Assembly: GCA_963817525.1 (NCBI GenBank)
Contig: CAWFOU010000007.1
Location: 896,001 to 960,000, forward strand
Reading direction: 5' to 3'
DNA from: an uncultured archaeon
GTDB lineage: Archaea; Thermoproteota; Nitrososphaeria; Nitrososphaerales; Gagatemarchaeaceae
Length of the DNA stretch: 64,000 nt
In this document: one piece after another, positions 20,304 through 30,179 of the stretch
Layout: every line of letters starts with the position of its first letter
Numbering within the stretch: position 1 is the first letter of the stretch
Program-made: the position numbers and the translations under genes
The notes under the pieces: generated by a model
Seen by the model: the letters and a program-made list of their open reading frames with translations, nothing else
Told to the model about the DNA's origin: nothing
The model's database searches: none

Positions 20304-21120
20304 TTGGCGAGCTCGGCGAAGGTCCTTGACATGAGCGGCAAGCCCGGGGCAAGAGGTAGACCTCCCCGCCGCGTTCTCCACGCCGCTCAGGCCGGACCTG
20401 GTCCAGAGGGCCTGGTGGATACTCCACTCGCACGGCCTGCAGCCATACGGCCGCGACCCGATGGCGGGCGAGAGGACCACCGCCGAGACGGGCAACCCCC
20501 CCACAGGAAGGGGCATCTCAAGGATCCCCAGGGTCAAGGGCGCAGGCAGCCAGAGGTCGGGCCAGGCAGGAGGGGTGGCCAGCACCGTGAAGGGAAGGCT
20601 CCCACACCCGCCGAGGTCCGAGAAGGTGATCTACAGGAAGATCAACGTCAAGGAGAGGAAGCTCGCGCTGAACACGGCAATCGCTTTCACGGGGGACGCC
20701 GCCGCCGTCGCGTGGAGGGGCCACAAGACGGGCAAGCTAAAGTTCCCAGTGGTCGTCTCAGACGACCTCGAGGCGCTCGAGAAGACCGCCGCGCTCGAGG
20801 GCTTCCTAGAGGACATCGGGCTCGCGGAGGAGATGAAGCGGATCTACGGCGGGGTGAAGAGGCGCTCGGGAACGGCGAGGATGCGCGGGAGGACGACAAG
20901 GAAGAAGGTCGGGCCTCTCATAGTGGTCAGCAACGACAGGGGGGTGGGCAAGGCCGTCGCGTCGATCCCCGGGGTGGAGGTCGTCTCCGTGGACAGCCTC
21001 AGCGTGCTCCCGCTTGCGCCCGGAGGGGTCGCTGGGAGGCTCACCCTGTGGACGTCGTCAGCGATCGAGGTATTGGGGACAAGGTCGGCCAAAAAGGAGG
21101 GAATGAAGGTTGAGGCTTGA
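20304..21120 (+). CDS. rpl4: 50S ribosomal protein L4, one apparent frameshift near 20347
   Basis: Removing one G from the GGGG at 20346-20349 gives KPGQEVDLPAAFSTPLRPDL..QPYGRDPMAGERTTAE..GRGISRIPR..LAPGGVAGRLTLWT. Confidence 0.92.
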
Positions 21121-21376
21121 AGACGCGCAGAAGATAATCTTCCGGCCGTACATCACCGAGAGGACCTTCGACCAGATAGCCCGCGAGAACAAGCTCTGCT
21201 TCATGGTGGACAACAAGGCGTCGAAGACCCAGATCGCCAACGCGGTCGAGGCGCTCTACGAGGTCAAGGTGAGGGCGGTCAACACGATGAGGGCGATAAA
21301 CGGCAAGAAGGCCTACGTCAGGCTAGTCCCTGAGGATTCCGCGACCGACCTCGCGACCAAGCTGGGCCTGGTGTAA
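21110..21376 (+). CDS. rpl23: 50S ribosomal protein L23
   Basis: PYITE, ENKLCFMVD and VNT..KKAYVRL. Confidence 0.95.
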   Translation: MRLEDAQKIIFRPYITERTFDQIARENKLCFMVDNKASKTQIANAVEALYEVKVRAVNTMRAINGKKAYVRLVPEDSATDLATKLGLV

Positions 21377-21381
21377 TAGCG

Positions 21382-22143
21382 ATGGGCAAGAGAATCCTCC
21401 AGAGAAGGCGGGGCAAGGGCGGGATCCAATGGAGGGTCTCCCCCAGGGGCAAGATAGCTCCGGTCCGCTACCCTCTGATGAGCCCGGACGCCGCCGGACA
21501 CGAGGGGAAGCTCACCGTAAAGGCCCTCCTCGACGAGAAGGGAAGGAGCGCGCCCCTGGCACAGCTCCAATACGGCGAGCACGGGGCGATATCCTACGTC
21601 CCAGCCATCAACGGCATAGCGGTCGGGGACGAGGTCCAGCACGGCCCAGACGCCGCGGTGTCGAACGGGAACATCCTCCCTCTGAAGAACATCCCTGAGG
21701 GGACGCGTGTCTCCAACATCGAGCTCCGCGCGGGGGACGGCGGCAAGCTAGTCAGGGCGGCGGGCGGCTCGGCGGTCCTCTTCTCAAAGGGGGAGGGAAA
21801 GGTCATCGTCAGGCTCCCGAGCGGGAAGAGCATACTGGTGAACGAGCACTGCAGGGCGACCGTCGGCGAGATAGCCGGGGCCGGCATGCAAGAGAAGCCC
21901 TTCATGCGCGCAGGGCCTAGATATCACAAGATGATGGCCGACGGGCGCCCCTACCCCAGGATGAGAGGCATCGCTATGGCGGTGGTCTACCACCCGTTCG
22001 GAGGAGGCAGGCACCAGCACCCCGGCAAGTCGACCAGCACCTCTAGGAACGCGCCTCCAGGGAGGAAGGTGGGCCTGATAGCGCCAAGGAAGACCGGCAG
22101 GAAGAGGCTGGCCAGGACGAGCGTCGAGGTTAAGGAGAGGTAG
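21382..22143 (+). CDS. rpl2: 50S ribosomal protein L2
   Basis: MGKRILQRRRGKG, GDGGKLVRAAG, HPFGGGRHQH and PPGRKVGLIA. Confidence 0.96.
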   Translation: MGKRILQRRRGKGGIQWRVSPRGKIAPVRYPLMSPDAAGHEGKLTVKALLDEKGRSAPLAQLQYGEHGAISYVPAINGIAVGDEVQHGPDAAVSNGNILPLKNIPEGTRVSNIELRAGDGGKLVRAAGGSAVLFSKGEGKVIVRLPSGKSILVNEHCRATVGEIAGAGMQEKPFMRAGPRYHKMMADGRPYPRMRGIAMAVVYHPFGGGRHQHPGKSTSTSRNAPPGRKVGLIAPRKTGRKRLARTSVEVKER

Positions 22144-22158
22144 GAAGGAGACAGGGCC

Positions 22159-22554
22159 ATGCCGAAAGAGTTCCGCTACAGGGGTTACACCGTCGAGCAG
22201 CTCAACGGGATGAGCACCGAGGCCATCCTCCAACTCCTCCCCTCGAGGGCGAGGCGCTCTCTCAACAGGGGCATCTCCGACGACAAGAGGAAGCTACTCG
22301 AGGACGTCCGCTCGCAGAAAGACGGAAGCCTCGACGGCCAGATCAAGACCCACGCGAGGGACATGATAGTCCTCCCGGTGATGGTCGGGGCCACCATCGG
22401 GGTCTATACGGGGAAGGAGTTCCTTTCCATCCAGGTCAAGCCTGAGATGATAGGGCACTACCTCGGCGAGTACGCGATTACCAACAAGAAGGTGGTCCAC
22501 GGCACCCCCGGAATCGGCGCGAGCCGCTCGAGCCTCTACGTCCCTCTCAAGTAG
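22159..22554 (+). CDS. rps19: 30S ribosomal protein S19
   Basis: IKTHARDMIVLP, PEMIGHYLGEY and PGIGASRSS. Confidence 0.96.
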   Translation: MPKEFRYRGYTVEQLNGMSTEAILQLLPSRARRSLNRGISDDKRKLLEDVRSQKDGSLDGQIKTHARDMIVLPVMVGATIGVYTGKEFLSIQVKPEMIGHYLGEYAITNKKVVHGTPGIGASRSSLYVPLK

Positions 22555-22574
22555 CGCGCGGGGAAGACCCGACA

Positions 22575-23339
22575 TTGTCTCTGGCAAAGGGGGATCGTTC
22601 TCTCCAGGAGGAGCTGGACTGGGCCATCGCCAGGCTGGCGAAGGCGGGATTTCCCATCCACTCGAATGTCCGTCTCCTGGTCGACCCGAAGCTCGACATC
22701 ATGGGATACGCGAGCGAGGAGGAGGGGATCCAGCACATCGTCGTCGCGGACTGGGCGCTCCAGTCAGAGATGCTCGGCGGCCTGCTCTTCCACGAGCTCG
22801 CCCACATCTACCACAGCGAGAGGCGGTCCCCATCGCACAAGTTCAAGCTCACCAACGCCATAATCACGGAGCTGAGCCAGAGGGAGGGCCTCAACGAGCG
22901 CGAGACCGGGTACCTAGTGGAGGGGTTCAACCACCTCCAGAACATCATGGTGGACGACATCGTCTTCGCGGCGATGGAGGAGTCGGAGAGGAGGCAGGCA
23001 CAGAGGTTCTTCTCGGGTTGGCTGACAGAGACTCCGTCCGGGTATGCCCTCGTCGACTCGGCGGCGCTCGCCCGCAACGCCTTCGCGATCGCTTCGCTCA
23101 AGAGGCACCACCTCCTCGAAGAGGAGGAGCCGGACGCCAAGGAGATGGCGGAGAGGGCGAGGATGCTCGTGAGGCAGCTCGGGAAGAGCGCGCAGGCCAA
23201 GTACGACGCCATCGAGGAGTTCCTCGTGAAGGCCTCGCCTTCGTGGGACGAGGAGACCTTCCACAACAAGCTCGTCGAATTCCTCGACATGCTCGTAGCC
23301 CTCCTCAGAGAGAAGGACCAGATGGAAGACCTGCGGTAG
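22575..23339 (+). CDS. HExxH putative metallopeptidase (DUF5781-like)
   Basis: LFHELAHIY, PSH and NHLQNIMVDD. Confidence 0.65.
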   Translation: MSLAKGDRSLQEELDWAIARLAKAGFPIHSNVRLLVDPKLDIMGYASEEEGIQHIVVADWALQSEMLGGLLFHELAHIYHSERRSPSHKFKLTNAIITELSQREGLNERETGYLVEGFNHLQNIMVDDIVFAAMEESERRQAQRFFSGWLTETPSGYALVDSAALARNAFAIASLKRHHLLEEEEPDAKEMAERARMLVRQLGKSAQAKYDAIEEFLVKASPSWDEETFHNKLVEFLDMLVALLREKDQMEDLR

Positions 23340-23462
23340 CCGCGCACCCGACTAATTGTCGAGGTCGGGGCAGGAGGCTGAACGACCGCACAGGCTACCG
23401 ACCATCGTTCTAAGGGCCTTTGCTAAGCCTCTGAGAGCGGGGGTCACGCTCGCGGTGGAGGA

Positions 23463-24674
23463 TTATTTCCTTAAGATGTTTGGGACGCCTTCCTGCAAGA
23501 CCTCGTAGTCCCTGCTTCTTTCTTCCCTATCGAGCAGGATGTACTCCGCGTGCGCCCAACCCAGCGGACAGGCCCAGCAGACGTAGCCTGGCGCCCTTAT
23601 CTTGTGGGCGTTCTTCTCTATCTTCCGCACCCCGTTCATCGTCCGGTCCCCAAACTTGAGCTCGTTCGCCTTCCATTCCTTGTACCCGCCGGAAGGGGCT
23701 ACCTTTTCCGGTATGAAGAGGTCCTCGGTCAGGATCGAGTCCAGAAAGTCCAAGCACGCGGCCTCACCCTCGCGAATTCCGAGACCTCTGTAAGAACGCG
23801 CCGCCCACAACGTGAAGAACGGCCACGCTGCCGAAGTTCCTCCCGAGTACCAGTGCCAATCGTCGACTATCTCAAAGTCCCTGAACCTCGAGAACCCGCC
23901 TATGCCCTTGTTCCAGAGAGCACCCCGAAGGCGTTCGAGCGTCGTCGCGAGCGCCGCATCATCACGGTAGATCCCGAAATAATAGGGAGCGAGTTGCGCC
24001 ATGTCGGGTGCCTTCACCTTCTCGCCAGACCTCCGCATGGCCTTGATGAATGTCCCTTGCTCCCTGTCGTAGAGCTTCTCGACCACCCTCGCCAGCAATC
24101 GTCTTGAAGAGCTCGCCCAGGCATCTTCCAAGTCGACATGGCCGAGAGCCCCCGCTATCCTCGACGCGTCGAGCAGCCCCTTCACCGCAGCAGAGTTGGC
24201 CCAAATCTCGAAGCCTTCCTCGAGCTTCCTGTTCTCGTGGATGGAATTGACGGTGAAGACCAGATCCGCTTCGGCGTCTATCGAGCGCCTGGTGAAGGAG
24301 GCGCACTCCTGGACCAATCCCCACATCCCTTCAAGGAACGAGCGGTCGCCCGATTTTCTGTAGGTGTCGTAGATTCCGCTCAGCACTAGGGGAGTGACGT
24401 CCAACTCATGCTCGTTGGAAACGTACGGCATCCCCCCGTTGTAGCGCTGATAGAACTCCCCGCGCGGCCTTCTGACCCTGTTTAGGAACCTGTAGAATTT
24501 CTTGGAGGGCTCGTACTCGCCGAGGGCGTTCATGGCGGTCGTCATCATCACGGCGTCCCTTGGATAGACGTAGGGATAGACGTCGTCCCTGGGCGTTGCT
24601 AAAATGCCTCCGTCTTCCTCCTGGAGGGCCTTTATCACGGCGAGGCTCCTCTCGAGCAGCGCTCGGTTGTGCAA
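23463..24674 (-). CDS. Glycoside hydrolase family 15-like (alpha/alpha)6 enzyme
   Basis: YPYVYPRD, ELD, IHE, WPFFTLW and PLGWAHAEY motifs. Confidence 0.75.
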   Translation of the reverse strand: MHNRALLERSLAVIKALQEEDGGILATPRDDVYPYVYPRDAVMMTTAMNALGEYEPSKKFYRFLNRVRRPRGEFYQRYNGGMPYVSNEHELDVTPLVLSGIYDTYRKSGDRSFLEGMWGLVQECASFTRRSIDAEADLVFTVNSIHENRKLEEGFEIWANSAAVKGLLDASRIAGALGHVDLEDAWASSSRRLLARVVEKLYDREQGTFIKAMRRSGEKVKAPDMAQLAPYYFGIYRDDAALATTLERLRGALWNKGIGGFSRFRDFEIVDDWHWYSGGTSAAWPFFTLWAARSYRGLGIREGEAACLDFLDSILTEDLFIPEKVAPSGGYKEWKANELKFGDRTMNGVRKIEKNAHKIRAPGYVCWACPLGWAHAEYILLDREERSRDYEVLQEGVPNILRK

Positions 24675-24800
24675 TGCTCAAAGTACGCCCAACCTCGCTT
24701 ATAATTGGTGTGAAGGAATGGTTCACATTGGTCGGGGCGGACGAGGGCGGCTATAGAGGTCGAGAGGATGACCGGGCGTTGAGGCTAGTTCCCACCGTAA

Positions 24801-25919
24801 CTACGATGGGGTTGGTAGTGTTCGAGTCGTTTCCCCAGAATGCGGAAGCGGCGTCGCGCTTGTCGTCGAGGTGATTGTCGACGCGTAATACACGGCGTGG
24901 GTGTCACCTTCGCTCGTGTCGCCGGCCACGCAGTAGATTGTGGTCCCCGGGTTGACGCACGACGTCTCAGCGACGCTGACCGGATAGCTCGTACCGCTCG
25001 TCCATGCCCCGATGCCGCTCGACGATAGGGTGGAGTAGTAGACGCCGTCCGTGGCGCTGCCGCCCCCGACGCAGTAGACCTCCTCCCCAGCGGTCAAGCA
25101 CGATTGGCCGAAGGTCGCCGTAGGGTAGTCTGCCCCTGAAGCCCAGGGGCCGACTCCCGACGATGAGATTGGCGCGAAGTATGTGGAGTTGATGGGTCGC
25201 GGTCCTAACGCCGTAAAGCCCGCGATGCAGTAGAGGAAGCCACCAGAGGCCACGCACGACTCCGCGTCGACCGTCTGGGGATAGGCCGTCGTCCTCGACC
25301 AGGCGCCCACGCCTGTTGCCGAGACGGGCGCGTAATAGACTGCGTCAGTCTGCAAGGTCCCGACCGTCTCTTCACCGCCGACGCAATAGATGTAGCCACC
25401 AGAAGCCGCGCAGGAGAGGGCTATGGAGCTTATCGGATAACTGGTGGTGGGGTTCCAAGCGCCCGCCACGCCGCCCGACGCCGAGAGTGAAGCGTAGTAA
25501 ACAGCAGGCGTTGGCCTGGGCCCCAGAGTGCCGTTGATCCCGGACACGCAGTAGAGGTAGCCACCAAAGGCGGCGCATGATTGGCCGCTGATGTCGGTCG
25601 GATAGCTCGCGGTTGCCGACCAAGCGCCGACGCCAGAGGATGTCAGGGGAGCATAATAGACCGCGTCGGTGCCGTCGCCTAGGCAGTAGACGTAGCCACT
25701 CGACGTTACGCACGAGAGGCCCTCGGTGCCTGTCGGATAGCTCGTGGTGGATGTCCACGAGTCGTTCGCCGCGCTCACGTTCGCGGCTGCGAGGCCTGCC
25801 CACAGGGCGAGCGAGACCAAAAGCGCCAGCATGATGACCACAGACCCGTGCCGAGTCCTCGGATTGCTCCGACCATGGTCGTCCCCATCCATTAATCGAA
25901 TGGTAAGCGGAGCCTCCAT
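24801..25919 (-). CDS. Secreted Kelch-like beta-propeller protein
   Basis: Signal-like hydrophobic stretch and about six repeats of W..T.YP....SC...GY.YC.GG....VYYA; start codon uncertain. Confidence 0.8.
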   Translation of the reverse strand: MEAPLTIRLMDGDDHGRSNPRTRHGSVVIMLALLVSLALWAGLAAANVSAANDSWTSTTSYPTGTEGLSCVTSSGYVYCLGDGTDAVYYAPLTSSGVGAWSATASYPTDISGQSCAAFGGYLYCVSGINGTLGPRPTPAVYYASLSASGGVAGAWNPTTSYPISSIALSCAASGGYIYCVGGEETVGTLQTDAVYYAPVSATGVGAWSRTTAYPQTVDAESCVASGGFLYCIAGFTALGPRPINSTYFAPISSSGVGPWASGADYPTATFGQSCLTAGEEVYCVGGGSATDGVYYSTLSSSGIGAWTSGTSYPVSVAETSCVNPGTTIYCVAGDTSEGDTHAVYYASTITSTTSATPLPHSGETTRTLPTPS

Positions 25920-26229
25920 AGAGGTGAGGAATGTATTCTCTAGAAGAAACCTGCTGGTCTAATCTGCCTCGACCGCGCACGTGTCCCCTCCCCACGGGGA
26001 GAGGTCGCCCGAAGAGATGACCGTGCCCCCACTGCGCGACGGTCGCGACACTCATGTTGGCCATCCACAGGTTGAGCTTCACGGTCGTATACACGCTCCT
26101 GAGGACAGGATACTGCGGAAAAATCCGCTGAATCGCTGATTTTCGCGAAATCAGGTTTCTGGATTCAGACCCATATTTCGAAGCTGAATTTCCGACCTGC
26201 TTAATACACGTGTATGAACATTTCTCTCA

Positions 26230-28311
26230 TTGAATCTTCCAGAAGATTCTCCGAGAAGAAAGCTCTACGTCTACGTCATCTCGCTTTCTCTTCTGGCCTT
26301 TTCTTTTGCCTCCTTGTCGATCGTGCGCCCAACGTACGCCGCCACAATAGACTCGGGGGTGGTAATCCCGCTCTACAACTCCCCTGATTCTACCTGGACC
26401 ACGGTGGCCTCGACGGCCACGGCCAATCCGGGCGTCCCCATCATCGTCATCATGAACCCGAACAGCGGGCCTGGCTCCTCGGAAAGTTCGAGCTTCCTGT
26501 CGGGCGTACAGAGCCTGCAAGCGGCCCACGTTACCGTCCTGGGTTACGTCGCGACGGACTACGGTGACGACTCACTGAGTAGCGTCGAGTCTCAGATCAG
26601 CCAGTACAAAACGTGGTACAACGTCAACGGAATATTCTTCGATGAGATGTCAAACGTCGCTAGCGACGAGTCCTATTACTCCTCGCTCAACAGCTACGTA
26701 AAGTCGGACGGCATGACCTTCACTATGGGCAACCCCGGGACCTCCGTCCCGTCCGGATACAACGGCATCTTCAACAGCCTCAACATCTATGAGGACTCGG
26801 GGTATCCAACGCTCGCCGAGATCACGAACACAGGTTACCCGGCGTCGGACTTCTCCTTGATGGCGTACGGCGTCTCATACAGCGCTTCATTCGTGACAAG
26901 CGCCGCGAGCCTCGTAGGCTACATGTACATCGACAATCTCAGTGGAAGCAACCCGTACTCGACGTTGAGCTCCCTCTTCGCGGAGACCGTAGCAACCCTC
27001 GCAGGATTGGACGGGTCGACTTCAAGCACTACCAGCTCTTCGACGACCACGTCTTCGACCACCACCTCGACCGCAACCTCCGTCGGGAGCAGCATCGCGA
27101 TGACCGGCACGCAGTCCGCGTCGGGGACGGTCTCGTCGTCGCCCTACCAGATCACGCTTTCTAACTTCAACGTGGGAACAGGGAGCGACCGCTTGCTCGT
27201 AGTTGGTGTGAGCGCCAACGACGAAAGCGCGGCGTCGGTCACCTTTGGGGGAACGGCCTTGACGAGGGCCGGGGGGTCGTTCTCCAACAACGACGCCGAG
27301 TTCTGGTACCTCGTAGACCCGACGGGTACCGGAAGCATCGTTGTGACGATGGCTGGTTCCACGTCCGTCGTGGTCGGCGCATACGCCCTCTCGGGGGTGA
27401 CCCAAACGGACTCGATTCCCACAGTCGTCACAAACCACAACACGGCAGCCAGCAGCCCCACCGTATCGATAACGACGCTGTACCCGGGCAGCTGGGTTCT
27501 GGGCCTTTCGTCCATCTGGGGCGGTTCGACGCTGAGTTCCCCCTCGTGCACGTCGCAGTGGGATGTCGACGTCTCCGATGCAATCACAGGCGCGTCGAGC
27601 TCGCATGCCACGTCGTCGCCCGGCGCAGTGACCTGCAGCTGGACCGCGAGCCCCACGGACCTGTGGGACGCCGTAGCGATTGAGATACAGGCAGCGACCA
27701 CCACCACCACGACCACCACGACCACGACCACCTCGACCTCCTCTGACCCGCCTTCGACCTCCACGACGAACACGACCGACCACCACGACCAGCAGCTCCT
27801 CAACTTTGAGTTCAACGAGCACCTCGACCTCCAAGACCTCATCCTCGCACCTCGACCTCCAAGACCTCATCCTCGACCTCATCCTCGACCTCGGCCTCCG
27901 TGGATCCGCCTCCGCCTTCGCCTCCGATAACGACCGACCACCACGACCAGCAGCTCCTCAACTTCGAGTTCAACGAGTACCTCAACAACCAAGACCACGA
28001 CCTCCACCTCCTCCACCTCCTCGAGCACAACCGGAACCTCGGCGCTGAAGGTCACTAGCGAGACCACCGCGGGCGCCATCATTACCGGGTTCTACACGGT
28101 CCTCTACAGCCAGTCCGGAGCCGTCTTGGCCACTGGTTACACGCCCGTCACTCAGACCCTGACCGACAGCCAGACCTACACGGTGCTAGCTGACAGCTAC
28201 GGCTCCTGTCAGTTTTCCTATTGGCTAAACAACGGGAGCACAGACCCCCTGAGCATAGATGTAACGAGCAACACGAACCTGGTCGCAGTCTACAACTGTG
28301 CGATCACGTAA
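26230..28311 (+). CDS. Large secreted spherulation-specific family 4 (GH135) protein with Ser/Thr linkers; indels in linker about 27770-27930
   Basis: Signal peptide, then VIPLY, NPNSGPG, LGYVAT.YG, GIFFDE, NPGT and IYED. Frame is disrupted only inside the Thr/Ser repeat; the C-terminal beta domain resumes in the original frame and ends at TAA 28309-28311. Confidence 0.8.
27695..28030 (+). repeat. Low-complexity ACC/TCG (Thr/Ser) tract with internal duplications
   Basis: A block of about 54 bp (acgaccgaccaccacgaccagcagctcctcaac...) at ~27772 and ~27930; a 28-bp unit cacctcgacctccaagacctcatcctcg twice at 27820-27875. Confidence 0.8.
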
Positions 28312-28409
28312 CCGCCACAACGCTTCCGTCGGGGAGTGCGCCCCATTCGAGCTTCCGCGCGAACCGGGGCCTTCCTGATCTCCTCGACTCAAAAGTGGTT
28401 CGGGATTAG

Positions 28410-28484
28410 TTGACCAGCAGGGGTCAAATCCTTGTCACGACCGAGGTGAAGGACAGAGAGGCCGTCGTCACGGTCCAGGACACT
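28410..28484 (+). pseudogene. Possible short histidine-kinase HATPase remnant
   Basis: Translates as LTSRGQILVTTEVKDREAVVTVQDT, resembling the segment before the G1 box (V.DTG) of HATPase_c. Confidence 0.3.
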
Positions 28485-28577
28485 CGCCCGAACCCGTCGC
28501 CCGCTTCAATTCCACCATGGTTTTGATTTTGAATAGTTTTTATTCGCGGAGAGGGCTGATGCCCTGCGAAGCTTCCC

Positions 28578-28904
28578 ATGATCTATGAATGGAGAGTCTA
28601 TGAAATAATCCCGGGAAAGAGGAAGCTCCTCAACGAGCGTTTCGCAAAATACACGGTGCAGCTCTTCGAGAAGCACGGCATGTCAGTCGTGGGGTTCTGG
28701 GAGAGCGTGATAGGCGGGCGGACGAACACGCTCTATTACATGCTGGCATTCGAGAACCTTGGACATCGGGAAGAGGCCTGGAAGAGCTTCAGCTCTGACC
28801 CTGAATGGCAACGAACCGTGACGGATTCAGAGAAGGACGGACCTATCGTGGCGAGCATCACAAACATGATCCTGAAGCCTACGGAATACTCGCCTATGCA
28901 GTAA
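28578..28904 (+). CDS. NIPSNAP family protein
   Basis: IYEWRVY..PGK, FEKHGM.VVGFW, DPEW and ILKPTEYSP. Confidence 0.9.
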   Translation: MIYEWRVYEIIPGKRKLLNERFAKYTVQLFEKHGMSVVGFWESVIGGRTNTLYYMLAFENLGHREEAWKSFSSDPEWQRTVTDSEKDGPIVASITNMILKPTEYSPMQ

Positions 28905-28995
28905 TCTGGCTCGAGGCTTCAAGTTCCCTAGGTTCGGGTCGGTGCGCGCGCCCCGACTTCAACCGCTTTATCCAAGCCCGGGTGACCTAACGGCC

Positions 28996-30093
28996 ATGCC
29001 CCAGCACGGCAGGCTCAGGCGCATCTTCGAGAACGCGGGCGACGAGCCCGACGTCGTCGCCATTGTCAACGGGGTCCACCCCGACCCGAACTTCTTCTAC
29101 GTCTCGGGCTACAGGAGCGGGCTCTTCGAGGAGAACATGCTATTCCTCTTCCGGGACGCGCGCGTCGAGGTCCTGACCAACCGCCTGGAGGAGTCGGCCG
29201 CGAGGCAGAGGAAGGACTACGTCATCCACGTGGAGAAGGGAGGCGGGCGCGCCGAGCGCAAGGGGATCGTCTCCTCGATCCTGAAGGGTTGCGAGCGCGT
29301 CGGCGTGAACTTCGAGGGCGTCTCCCACAAGGACTACCAGGGGCTCGAGGCCGTCTTCGGCAGAAGGAAGCTCCTAGACGTCTCCGACGCGCTGAAAAAG
29401 TCGAGGATGATAAAGGACCCCGACGAGCTCGAGGCCATGTCCGTGGCCGCCCGTCTCATCTCGGAGGTCGTCGACGGCGTCCCCGCCCAGCTGAAGGAGG
29501 GCATGACCGAGAGGGCGCTAAAGGCCCAGATAGACTTCGGGATGGTCGAGATGGGCGCGGACTCCCCCTCCTTCGAGAGCTTAGTCGCGTTCGGGGAGAA
29601 CTCCGCCCTGCCGCACTACTCGGCCGGGGAGAGGCGCCTCCGCAGGGGGGACAACGTTCTCGTCGACGTGGGCGCGAGATACCACCTCTACTGCTCTGAC
29701 ATCACGAGGACGTTCTTCTTCGGGCGCGCCGCGCCGAGGCAGAGGGAGGCATACACGAAGGTGCTCGAGGCCCAGTCCGAGGCCACCGCGGCCATCCGCG
29801 CGGGCGTCGCGGGCCGGGCAGTCCATCAGGTCGCCGCGAAGGTCATAGACCGGAGCGAGTTCAAAGGCAGGTTCACGCACGGCCTCGGCCACTCGCTTGG
29901 CCTCGAGGTCCACGACGGCGCGGGCCTAAGCCTCCGCAGCGAATTGCAGCTCAGGCCCAACATGGCGATGACCGTCGAGCCCGGGATATACCTGCCCGGC
30001 GAGGGCGGGGTGCGCGTAGAGGACGACGTCGTGGTAACCAAGACTTCGTGCGAGCCCCTGACCACGGCCTCGAGGGAGCTCCTGGAGGTATAA
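28996..30093 (+). CDS. Xaa-Pro peptidase (M24B)
   Basis: NSALPHY, DVGA.Y..YCSDITRT, HGLGHSLGLEVHD, TVEPGIY and GVRVEDD. Confidence 0.92.
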   Translation: MPQHGRLRRIFENAGDEPDVVAIVNGVHPDPNFFYVSGYRSGLFEENMLFLFRDARVEVLTNRLEESAARQRKDYVIHVEKGGGRAERKGIVSSILKGCERVGVNFEGVSHKDYQGLEAVFGRRKLLDVSDALKKSRMIKDPDELEAMSVAARLISEVVDGVPAQLKEGMTERALKAQIDFGMVEMGADSPSFESLVAFGENSALPHYSAGERRLRRGDNVLVDVGARYHLYCSDITRTFFFGRAAPRQREAYTKVLEAQSEATAAIRAGVAGRAVHQVAAKVIDRSEFKGRFTHGLGHSLGLEVHDGAGLSLRSELQLRPNMAMTVEPGIYLPGEGGVRVEDDVVVTKTSCEPLTTASRELLEV

Positions 30094-30179
30094 AAAATCA
30101 CGAAAACTCGCACAGGTTTCCGGCTTATTGTACTTGATTTTCATAGAGCTTAAATGGGCAACAAAATAATCGCGCTGTC

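Noticed and set aside
19780-20360. Frameshifts in rpl3 and rpl4 (also leuB near 3641) as programmed frameshifting or pseudogenes
   Set aside because: These are single-base indels, two in G runs, in otherwise intact conserved genes with no slippery heptamer. Sequencing or assembly error explains them best.
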